A stretch of DNA of 9,129 nucleotides from a virus (IMGVR_UViG_2617270976_000006); one strand, 5' to 3'; positions 1 through 5,927 are shown, numbered from the stretch's first letter. Translations and numbers: made by a program. Notes: generated by a model from the letters alone, not told the origin.

Positions 1-2333
1 CCCAGCTCAACGATTGTGCGTACATCGCGATCGTTGTAGTAACGCCACGGGCAGGGGATCCCCTGCCGTTCGTATGAACGGCGCAAAATCGTGTTGTCGA
101 AGTTGGCTCCATTTCCCCAGACCTGAACAAAAAATTCACCGGAGTTTTCGTCGATAAATTCCCGCAATTGTAACAGTGCATCATCTAACGGGATTTCATC
201 GGTCATAATGGCAGATTGCGCTTCGCGTGATTGCTTAAGCCACCATTTAATGGTGTCCCGATCAATGACTCCGCCAGCAGTTTCCAGATCGATAGTCTTA
301 CTAAATTCCGGTCCCATATCTCCGGTTTGCGGATCGAAAAATATTGCACCTATTGAGATGATCGGGGCATCAGGATTTTTTCCCATGGTTTCAAGGTCGA
401 TCATTAGATGGTCACACGTCCTGCTGGTGGATGTGATTTCGTGATGACCGTTCACCTTAATTGGGTGATCTGCCGTCTCGCCAGTTTCATTATCGCTATT
501 GTGATGCTGATTGCCGCCAGTGTTCTCCTTGTGTGGATGTTCAGCGCCTTCCATTTCCTCCGGATCATCTTCCTGAACTTCAACCTGATACTCTTCATCG
601 AATGTTTCTTGGTATGTTGCGTCGCCCATCACCGCGCCACAATCAGGGCAGTTGCCGCCGCCGGTCTGACCGCAGGCGGTGCAGACTTTTTCCACTTCCT
701 GTTGCGCTACTGGTTCAGGCTGTTTCGTTTCTGGCTCGTTTTGTAACGCATTTGGACTGTTTTGTTCCGCTTTTTGGTAGTTCCGTTCCGATTCATGCTG
801 GTTCTGGTTCACAGAATCGCGGGTCTGGAGCCCCTTAACCCATTTCGGATCATTCGGGTCACTAATCCCTTCAACAAATTCACCACGTGATGCAGCAAGC
901 AACTTATCGGCGTCAGGCTGGCTGATATTGGCTGCCTGCATAATTTTGTTTACTTCGTCAGCGGTAACTTTTATCGGCTCTGGTTGTTCTGAATCTTCAG
1001 CGGTATCTACATTTTGCGGTAAGCCCGTGTATGTGCCATTTTTTCGGGCAAAATATTCTTCTTTTGTGATTTCAGTGGCGCCAGCAGCCAGTGCCTTATC
1101 CAGACCAGAGAGTTTGTTTGCGCGACCGTATTTTTCTCCGTCCTTATCTGCGAAGAGGAAATAGAACGGCCCCTCACGCTCTACAGATGGTTCAGCTTCC
1201 GGCGCGGTTTCATTTTTTGGGATATCAGATACCTCAGTTTCCACTGCATCAGTTTGTGTTTCTGATGACTGGAGAACATCAACAGTGCCCAGGTCTGTTT
1301 CTTCATTCTCAAACACGCCCTTTGTCGTCAGGTATTCGCAGATATATTTGTTCAGTGCTACGGGATCTTTGTGAATGTCGATCGGACGCTCACGGACAAG
1401 GCCAAAAATAGTTTGGCGGTCGTAGCGAAGGGCATCAGGCTGTTTGCGCATTGATGCCGAGATACGCTTCCAGTCTTCGCGGTCGTTGTCGATAACTTCT
1501 TTTTTTGCCCAGCGATGGATGCTGCCGTCAATGTTTCCGGCATCCACATCACTAGGCCAGAGAGCGTAGGCCAGTTCGTCATCCAGTGTTTTCCATGTCT
1601 GCTTGTATTCGCGATGAATGGCAGCAATGACCGGGCTGATTTTTCCTGTTGAATTTTCAGTGTACTGTTGATTGGCTCTGGCGCGGGCGAGATCAACAAC
1701 AGACGTGTATTTTCCGGTTTCCTTGCGTTCACCTTCGCGACGTTTTTTCCAGATGCGCATCTCTGCCTGAATTTCGGGCCATTTAGCACCAGGAATACAT
1801 TTATGCTTAACCCACCCAATGGCGTGCAACTTAAGCTCCGGATACATGGCGTTAACTTCTGGCATTTTCATCAACGCTTCAACGATATGTCCGTCGAATG
1901 TTGCCATGTCTTCCTGCAACAATTCCTGTGCGCTAATAACCATATCAACGGTGATGTTTTCACATGTGTCGAACTTAACCATGACAGCGTTCTGTACTTC
2001 AGGGGCCAGCTTGTCAAAAGTGACGTTCATCGGATCGGATTCAGTCTCAACCGGGACAAAAGAAGCAGACTCCTCATCCCAGCGGTTTTCCTGCATATAT
2101 TCAGCATCCCATGAATCGAGGGCAGGGCGGGGTATGCCAGGTTTATCCTCGCAGACAATAAATTTATAAGCGCAGTCCTGAGCAGCCGGATAATGTTCCA
2201 GGAATTGCCAGTGAAATTTTGCTCGAGCACGGCGTTCGTCGCCAGCTTCAATGGCTGTGGCTACAGCCACAGCGCCTTCTTCCCTTGTTGCCAGTTCGTC
2301 AGGAATAGCGGCGCAAATAAAGACTTTACTCAT
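1..2333 (-). CDS. ydfE: Large early-operon prophage protein (YdfE-like) with C-terminal DEDDh-type 3'-5' exonuclease motifs; C-terminus lies beyond the window start (partial)
   Basis: Manual minus-strand translation from ATG at 2333..2331 (MSKVFICAAIPDELATREEG...) stays stop-free in one frame to position 3, at least 777 codons. GAGG Shine-Dalgarno lies 10 nt upstream. Absent from the ORF track only because it has no in-window stop. Near the window start it shows Exo I (HLMIDLETMG) and Exo II (GNGANFDNTIL) motifs; mid-protein has CTACGQTGGGNCPDCG and acidic low-complexity linkers. Name is by position after ydfD and recollection, not verified. Confidence 0.85.
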   Translation of the reverse strand, partial: MSKVFICAAIPDELATREEGAVAVATAIEAGDERRARAKFHWQFLEHYPAAQDCAYKFIVCEDKPGIPRPALDSWDAEYMQENRWDEESASFVPVETESDPMNVTFDKLAPEVQNAVMVKFDTCENITVDMVISAQELLQEDMATFDGHIVEALMKMPEVNAMYPELKLHAIGWVKHKCIPGAKWPEIQAEMRIWKKRREGERKETGKYTSVVDLARARANQQYTENSTGKISPVIAAIHREYKQTWKTLDDELAYALWPSDVDAGNIDGSIHRWAKKEVIDNDREDWKRISASMRKQPDALRYDRQTIFGLVRERPIDIHKDPVALNKYICEYLTTKGVFENEETDLGTVDVLQSSETQTDAVETEVSDIPKNETAPEAEPSVEREGPFYFLFADKDGEKYGRANKLSGLDKALAAGATEITKEEYFARKNGTYTGLPQNVDTAEDSEQPEPIKVTADEVNKIMQAANISQPDADKLLAASRGEFVEGISDPNDPKWVKGLQTRDSVNQNQHESERNYQKAEQNSPNALQNEPETKQPEPVAQQEVEKVCTACGQTGGGNCPDCGAVMGDATYQETFDEEYQVEVQEDDPEEMEGAEHPHKENTGGNQHHNSDNETGETADHPIKVNGHHEITSTSRTCDHLMIDLETMGKNPDAPIISIGAIFFDPQTGDMGPEFSKTIDLETAGGVIDRDTIKWWLKQSREAQSAIMTDEIPLDDALLQLREFIDENSGEFFVQVWGNGANFDNTILRRSYERQGIPCPWRYYNDRDVRTIVEL

Positions 2334-2425
2334 TTGTTTTAACCTCATGACAGATTTAAGGATGAACAAATCCCTGCCATTGCTGGCATATAAGAATGAA
2401 ACCGGATATTTATTACGGAACTGTT

Positions 2426-2617
2426 TTAAAGACCTGCCGGGATTTCGATATTATCCTGGTGAATAACTTTATCGACCGGGTAACAGTTACCGGGAATTTT
2501 CTGTTCGGTTGCTGCAGTCATACACTCCTGCATTGTCCTGTGAACACTGACTGCAATATCAACTGGCTCTCCGGAAACAAGAAAAACTGTCAGAACAAGC
2601 ACAAATGCTGAATTCAT
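2426..2617 (-). CDS. ydfD: YdfD, small prophage lysis protein with N-terminal hydrophobic segment (63 aa)
   Basis: Translation MNSAFVLVLTVFLVSGEPVDIAV...IEIPAGL matches remembered YdfD. Its ATG (2617..2615) overlaps the dicB stop TGA (2616..2614) as ATGA, suggesting translational coupling. The track ORF 2426..2671 is a longer in-frame ATG extension that I reject. Confidence 0.8.
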   Translation of the reverse strand: MNSAFVLVLTVFLVSGEPVDIAVSVHRTMQECMTAATEQKIPGNCYPVDKVIHQDNIEIPAGL

Positions 2618-2802
2618 TGTGCACATCCTTTTGGCATCAGACGTAAACGAGCCAGCATTGAAACAATGCATATTTTATTTAATAGCTCCCGTTCTTGTTT
2701 TCTCTTGTTAATGGCATCTTCAGTAAATACTGGGTTACTGATAGTGACACCAATTTCAAAACAACCTTCAGACGTATTAACGTTTGGTAATAACGTTTTC
2801 AT
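2614..2802 (-). CDS. dicB: DicB, cell-division inhibitor (62 aa)
   Basis: Translation MKTLLPNVNTSEGCFEIGVTISNPVFTEDAINKRKQERELLNKICIVSMLARLRLMPKGCAQ. GAGGA Shine-Dalgarno 6-7 nt upstream of the ATG at 2802. The track ORF 2614..2961 contains it as the C-terminal 62 codons. Confidence 0.9.
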   Translation of the reverse strand: MKTLLPNVNTSEGCFEIGVTISNPVFTEDAINKRKQERELLNKICIVSMLARLRLMPKGCAQ

Positions 2803-2932
2803 TATCGCGTCCTCAACAATGAATTTTGTGATGCAGTGCCTGGTGCCTCCAGGTGACGTTAACCAGTTAACAATTAACGCCGGATAGCGGAACTGTTTGC
2901 TGAGAACACCGTGCGGTGTGTTGATGCAAACA

Positions 2933-2961
2933 AGATTAGCCATGACTAACATATCGGTCAA
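2933..2961 (-). promoter_or_regulatory. Candidate dicB operon promoter (PL analogue): -35 TTGACC (2961..2956), 17-nt spacer, -10 TAATCT (2938..2933)
   Basis: Read directly on the minus strand. Sits just downstream of the dicA stop and upstream of dicB, with an operator-like palindrome in the spacer. The -10 is only 3/6 to consensus. Confidence 0.4.
2936..2949. promoter_or_regulatory. Operator-like palindrome O3, TTAGCCATGACTAA (TTAG-N6-CTAA), overlapping the dicB promoter spacer and -10
   Basis: Same half-site architecture as the two palindromes in the dicA-dicC intergenic region; 12/14 identical to the reverse complement of O2. Confidence 0.45.
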
Positions 2962-3000
2962 GTGATTTTGTATGCTATAGCTAACATAATTGATGTGGTA

Positions 3001-3035
3001 AAAGATAACTCATTGATGATGTTATCTTTTATTTG
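3001..3035. terminator. Hairpin at the dicA 3' end: AAAGATAAC / GTTATCTTT arms (9 bp), 11-nt loop, T-rich flank on the plus strand
   Basis: Perfect 9-bp inverted repeat at 3001..3009 and 3021..3029, enclosing the dicA stop codon. The AU-rich stem makes it a weak terminator; it could instead be a protein-binding site. Confidence 0.3.
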
Positions 3036-3429
3036 TCCGCTGACGGGCTTTTAGTAATTCTTCAAAGAGTTTATTGAAGTTTTTTACTCGAGCTCGCATT
3101 TCGGCGAGCTGGGTATCCTGTTCTGATTCTGGCAGTGCATTAAACAGCTCAAGGAGCTCTAGTTCTTTGGGGGATAAGGCAACTGGCTTCTCAACAGGTG
3201 GTGTTGGTTGCTTGTCTTCATCGCCAAATAGAATCCATGTTGGTGAGCATTGCAATACTTTGCTGAGGGCAAAAAGGTTCTTCCCTGTAGGTTCACTATC
3301 ACCCCGTTCCCATTGTGATACAGACACATGGGAGATTTTCAGGGCTTTAGCAAGAGACCTTTGGGTGTGTTTGAGGTTTTTCCGACGATACCTGATGCGT
3401 TCGCCGATAGTTAAATTTTTTGTTTCCAT
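3022..3429 (-). CDS. dicA: DicA, cI/C2-like HTH repressor of the dicB operon (135 aa)
   Basis: Track ORF translation METKNLTIGERIRYRRKNLKHTQRSLAKALKISHVSVSQWERG... matches remembered DicA. Divergent from dicC. No clear Shine-Dalgarno upstream. Confidence 0.95.
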   Translation of the reverse strand: METKNLTIGERIRYRRKNLKHTQRSLAKALKISHVSVSQWERGDSEPTGKNLFALSKVLQCSPTWILFGDEDKQPTPPVEKPVALSPKELELLELFNALPESEQDTQLAEMRARVKNFNKLFEELLKARQRTNKR

Positions 3430-3431
3430 AG

Positions 3432-3445
3432 TTAGCTAATGCTAA
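3432..3445. promoter_or_regulatory. Operator-like palindrome O1, TTAGCTAATGCTAA, immediately upstream of the dicA start
   Basis: TTAG-N6-CTAA inverted repeat in the dicA-dicC intergenic region. Confidence 0.45.
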
Positions 3446-3451
3446 ATCGTA

Positions 3452-3480
3452 TTGACTATGTTTTTGTTAACATCTATCTT
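3452..3480 (+). promoter_or_regulatory. dicC promoter (PR analogue): -35 TTGACT (3452..3457), 17-nt spacer, -10 TATCTT (3475..3480)
   Basis: Sigma70-like hexamers with ideal spacing, about 33 nt upstream of the dicC ATG. AAGGTG Shine-Dalgarno at 3501..3506. Confidence 0.55.
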
Positions 3481-3498
3481 GTTAGTTATGACTAACAA
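3479..3498. promoter_or_regulatory. Operator-like palindrome O2, TTGTTAGTTATGACTAACAA (7-bp arms), overlapping the dicC -10 and start site
   Basis: Perfect 7-bp inverted arms around a 6-bp spacer; core TTAG-N6-CTAA shared with O1 and O3. Confidence 0.5.
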
Positions 3499-3512
3499 TA
3501 AAGGTGTTTTAA

Positions 3513-3743
3513 ATGCTTAAAACTGACGCTCTTTTGTATTTCGGTTCAAAAACAAAACTTGCACAAGCAGCAGGTATTCGTTTGGCTTCGCTTTATAGCT
3601 GGAAAGGGGATTTAGTTCCCGAAGGTCGCGCGATGCGTCTACAGGAGGCATCTGGCGGGGAGCTTCAGTATGATCCCAAAGTTTATGATGAATATCGTAA
3701 GACGAAGCGGGCGGGGCGGTTGAACAATGAAAATCACTCCTGA
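3513..3743 (+). CDS. dicC: DicC, Cro-like regulator (76 aa)
   Basis: Track ORF translation MLKTDALLYFGSKTKLAQAAGIRLASLYSWKGDLVPEGRAMRLQEASGGELQYDPKVYDEYRKTKRAGRLNNENHS matches remembered DicC. Confidence 0.95.
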   Translation: MLKTDALLYFGSKTKLAQAAGIRLASLYSWKGDLVPEGRAMRLQEASGGELQYDPKVYDEYRKTKRAGRLNNENHS

Positions 3744-4038
3744 ACAGGCTCGTGAGGCTCTGGATGCCTGGATATGTCGACCAGGAATGACACAGGAGCA
3801 GGCGACGATATTAATCACTGAAGCATTCTGGGCTTTGAAAGAGCGCCCGAACATCGATGTTCAGCGTGTCACATATGAAGGTGGCGCGATTGATCAGCGA
3901 GCGCTTGGCGTTAATCGAGTGAAGATATTTGAACGCTGGAAGGCTATCGACACCAGGGATAAGCGTGAAAAGTTCACGGCGCTAGTGCCTGCAATTATGG
4001 AGGCTATCAGAAATGATACAAAGATAATATGTCTTTAA
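3727..4038 (+). CDS. Hypothetical prophage protein downstream of dicC, in the positional slot of ydfX (103 aa)
   Basis: Track ORF overlapping the dicC 3' end by 17 nt; weak ribosome-binding site; no domain recognised. An internal Met at codon 21 (3787) is an alternative start. Confidence 0.55.
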   Translation: MKITPEQAREALDAWICRPGMTQEQATILITEAFWALKERPNIDVQRVTYEGGAIDQRALGVNRVKIFERWKAIDTRDKREKFTALVPAIMEAIRNDTKIICL

Positions 4039-4060
4039 AGAAAAGGCTGATGGCGAAAAG

Positions 4061-4077
4061 TGGCCCGATGAGGGCCA
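4061..4077 (-). terminator. Candidate flxA terminator hairpin, TGGCCC-GATGA-GGGCCA, followed on the minus strand by CTTTTCGCC
   Basis: GC-rich 6-bp stem between the convergent stops of the ydfX-like ORF (4038) and flxA (4093); partial U-tract only on the flxA strand. Confidence 0.3.
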
Positions 4078-4092
4078 CAATACGGCTGTCAC

Positions 4093-4425
4093 TTAGACGT
4101 AAATATCAATGGTGCCAGCGGTATTTGTATCGTCTTTTTTCTCTTCTTTTTTATCAGGCTGAACTGTCGCGTCTTCATTCTTTTTCTCTGCCTGCTGCCT
4201 TAACAACTGCTCCAGTTGAGCCCAGAGGCTTTCAATTTGCTTCTGTACCAATGCAGCCATTTCTTTTTTCTGCTGTGTCGTCATCCCCTCTTCCGATGAG
4301 ATTTTCCCAAGCTTTTCAGTCAGCACCTGAATTTGTCTTGTGATTTTGGCTATTTCTGATGTTCCTTCCGGGGCGGAGTTGTTTGAAATAACGGTTGAGG
4401 TATTTCCCTGAATTGTGACAGACAT
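4093..4425 (-). CDS. flxA: FlxA, FliA-regulated protein (110 aa)
   Basis: Track ORF translation MSVTIQGNTSTVISNNSAPEGTSEIAKITRQIQVLTEKLGK... matches remembered FlxA. AAGGAG Shine-Dalgarno 7 nt upstream. Confidence 0.95.
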   Translation of the reverse strand: MSVTIQGNTSTVISNNSAPEGTSEIAKITRQIQVLTEKLGKISSEEGMTTQQKKEMAALVQKQIESLWAQLEQLLRQQAEKKNEDATVQPDKKEEKKDDTNTAGTIDIYV

Positions 4426-4448
4426 AGATTTCTCCTTTTAAAAAAGCA

Positions 4449-4475
4449 CTATCGGCATGCACAAAAAAATCTTTA
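4449..4475 (-). promoter_or_regulatory. Sigma28 (FliA) promoter of flxA: TAAAGATT, 11-nt spacer, GCCGATAG
   Basis: Minus strand reads TAAAGATTTTTTTGTGCATGCCGATAG, a near-perfect match to the class III flagellar consensus TAAAGTTT-N11-GCCGATAA, about 25 nt upstream of the flxA ribosome-binding site. Confidence 0.75.
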
Positions 4476-4556
4476 ATCGTATTTCTTGTGTCATTAATTG
4501 TTTGATGTTCAGATTGTTTTCCTCGCGGGCTGGCGCGCCTCAGAAAGTAAAGCTTG

Positions 4557-4584
4557 TTGACAGGGGTAAACGTTCGGCAATAAT
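4557..4584 (+). promoter_or_regulatory. Orphan sigma70-like promoter: -35 TTGACA (4557..4562), 16-nt spacer, -10 AATAAT (4579..4584)
   Basis: Consensus -35 and 5/6 -10, reading toward relB about 370 nt away and antisense to ydfV. Followed by the palindrome CCGCATGCGG (4591..4600). Confidence 0.3.
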
Positions 4585-4627
4585 TTTCTGCCGCATGCGG
4601 GTGTTGCATAAAACGTGTTACGTTCCT

Positions 4628-4933
4628 TTATCGACAGGTCAGGTCACCGCTCACCCGCCGACGAGAAAGCAACACTGACATGCTAAAGCAAAAAATAGAT
4701 GAATAAGTTGAGTTGTGCATATGTAGCCTGACCGTCACAAAGTATATGGTGTCTGTACCAGTAAGATGATGGCCGGACTCTTTAAAAACGAGCTGACCTG
4801 CACAATACAGGATGGACTTAGCAATGGCTGCTCCTGGCACAAAGCGGACAGTGATCACCGTTCTTACGACTACTTTCTGACTTCCTTCGTGACTTGCCCT
4901 AAGCATGTTGTAGTGCGATACTTGTAATGACAT
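4628..4933 (-). CDS. ydfV: ydfV-position ORF (101 aa), doubtful as a real protein
   Basis: Track ORF of the length I recall for ydfV. It has no Shine-Dalgarno, and its start codon lies inside the relBE operator and promoter. Confidence 0.3.
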   Translation of the reverse strand: MSLQVSHYNMLRASHEGSQKVVVRTVITVRFVPGAAIAKSILYCAGQLVFKESGHHLTGTDTIYFVTVRLHMHNSTYSSIFCFSMSVLLSRRRVSGDLTCR

Positions 4934-4945
4934 TTGTAATTACAA
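4894..4945 (+). promoter_or_regulatory. relBE promoter (-35 TTGCCC 4894..4899, 17-nt spacer, -10 GATACT 4917..4922) and relO operator (TTGTAAT direct repeats; 12-bp palindrome TTGTAATTACAA at 4934..4945)
   Basis: Hexamers and repeats read directly, immediately upstream of the relB ribosome-binding site AGAGGTG. Matches the known RelB/RelBE autoregulatory operator architecture. Confidence 0.7.
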
Positions 4946-4957
4946 GAGGTGTAAGAC

Positions 4958-5197
4958 ATGGGTAGCATTAACCTGCGTATTGACGATGAACTTAAAGCGC
5001 GTTCTTACGCCGCGCTTGAAAAAATGGGTGTAACTCCTTCTGAAGCGCTTCGTCTCATGCTCGAGTATATCGCTGACAATGAACGCTTGCCGTTCAAACA
5101 GACACTCCTGAGTGATGAAGATGCTGAACTTGTGGAGATAGTGAAAGAACGGCTTCGTAATCCTAAGCCAGTACGTGTGACGCTGGATGAACTCTGA
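4958..5197 (+). CDS. relB: RelB antitoxin (79 aa)
   Basis: Translation MGSINLRIDDELKARSYAALEKMGVTPSEALRLMLEYIADNERLPFKQTLLSDEDAELVEIVKERLRNPKPVRVTLDEL. Its TGA stop overlaps the relE ATG. Confidence 0.97.
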   Translation: MGSINLRIDDELKARSYAALEKMGVTPSEALRLMLEYIADNERLPFKQTLLSDEDAELVEIVKERLRNPKPVRVTLDEL

Positions 5198-5484
5198 TGG
5201 CGTATTTTCTGGATTTTGACGAGCGGGCACTAAAGGAATGGCGAAAGCTGGGCTCGACGGTACGTGAACAGTTGAAAAAGAAGCTGGTTGAAGTACTTGA
5301 GTCACCCCGGATTGAAGCAAACAAGCTCCGTGGTATGCCTGATTGTTACAAGATTAAGCTCCGGTCTTCAGGCTATCGCCTTGTATACCAGGTTATAGAC
5401 GAGAAAGTTGTCGTTTTCGTGATTTCTGTTGGGAAAAGAGAACGCTCGGAAGTATATAGCGAGGCGGTCAAACGCATTCTCTGA
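5197..5484 (+). CDS. relE: RelE toxin, ribosome-dependent mRNA endonuclease (95 aa)
   Basis: Translation MAYFLDFDERALKEWRKLGSTVREQLKKKLVEVLESPRIEANKLRGMPDCYKIKLRSSGYRLVYQVIDEKVVVFVISVGKRERSEVYSEAVKRIL. Confidence 0.97.
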   Translation: MAYFLDFDERALKEWRKLGSTVREQLKKKLVEVLESPRIEANKLRGMPDCYKIKLRSSGYRLVYQVIDEKVVVFVISVGKRERSEVYSEAVKRIL

Positions 5485-5555
5485 ACCAAAGCATGACATC
5501 TCTGTCTCGCACCGAAGGTGACACTTCTGCTTTGCGTTGACAGGAGAAGCAGGCT

Positions 5556-5711
5556 ATGAAGCAGCAAAAGGCGATGTTAATCGCCCTGATCGTCATCTGT
5601 TTAACCGTCATAGTGACGGCACTGGTAACGAGGAAAGACCTCTGCGAGGTACGAATCCGAACCGGCCAGACGGAGGTCGCTGTCTTCACAGCTTACGAAC
5701 CTGAGGAGTAA
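5556..5711 (+). CDS. hokD: HokD (RelF), Hok-family small membrane toxin (51 aa)
   Basis: Manual translation MKQQKAMLIALIVICLTVIVTALVTRKDLCEVRIRTGQTEVAVFTAYEPEE. AGGAG Shine-Dalgarno 9 nt upstream. Too short for the ORF track. Confidence 0.9.
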   Translation: MKQQKAMLIALIVICLTVIVTALVTRKDLCEVRIRTGQTEVAVFTAYEPEE

Positions 5712-5779
5712 GAGACCCGGCGGGGGAGAAATCCCTCGCCACCTCTGATGTGGCAGGCATCCTCAACGCACCCGCACTT

Positions 5780-5810
5780 AACCCGCTTCGGCGGGTTTTT
5801 GTTTTTATTT
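5780..5810 (+). terminator. Intrinsic terminator of the relBE-hokD operon: 7-bp stem AACCCGC/GCGGGTT with UUCG tetraloop, then TTTTGTTTTTATTTT
   Basis: Hairpin and U-tract read directly, about 70 nt after the hokD stop. Confidence 0.8.
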
Positions 5811-5927
5811 TCAACGCGTTTGAAGTTCTGGACGGTGCCGGAATAGAATCAAAAATACTTAAGTAGCGCGCAGGGATAAGAGGGATGGTCCCTTAAAGGG
5901 GAGAGCTAATTATCCGGAAGGATTCTG

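Noticed and set aside
208-2169. Seven plus-strand track ORFs (208..444, 408..746, 461..838, 928..1164, 1091..1411, 1668..2114, 1819..2169)
   Set aside because: All lie antisense to the continuous ydfE-like reading frame verified by manual translation. They are shadow ORFs without convincing start signals.
1358-2251. Minus-strand track ORFs 1358..1819 and 2027..2251
   Set aside because: They are out of frame with the long ydfE-like frame on the same strand, which translates without stops through this region.
2851-2861. Nine-base match (GGTGACGTT) to the DicF sRNA sequence as I remember it
   Set aside because: It is on the plus strand, opposite the dicB operon, and too short to be meaningful. 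No longer DicF-like stretch was found on the operon strand.
2396-2887. Plus-strand track ORFs 2251..2466, 2396..2611 and 2666..2887
   Set aside because: Antisense to ydfD, dicB and the ydfE start region; no ribosome-binding sites; composition typical of shadow ORFs.
2803-2961. In-frame 53-codon N-terminal extension of dicB (track ORF 2614..2961, 115 aa)
   Set aside because: Its ATG overlaps the predicted -35 of the dicB promoter. The 62-aa DicB start at 2802 has a good GAGGA ribosome-binding site and matches the known protein length, so the extension is most likely untranslated leader.
3074-3439. Plus-strand 121-aa ORF antisense to dicA
   Set aside because: Fully embedded opposite the well-supported dicA repressor gene, with no promoter or ribosome-binding site.
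3639-4678. Track ORFs 3639..3854 (-), 4029..4343 (+), 4316..4609 (-) and 4457..4678 (+)
   Set aside because: Antisense to dicC, the ydfX-like ORF or flxA, or crossing the flxA promoter region; no translation signals; low-complexity translations.
4940-5689. Minus-strand track ORFs 4940..5320, 5373..5567 and 5468..5689
   Set aside because: Antisense to the relB, relE and hokD genes.
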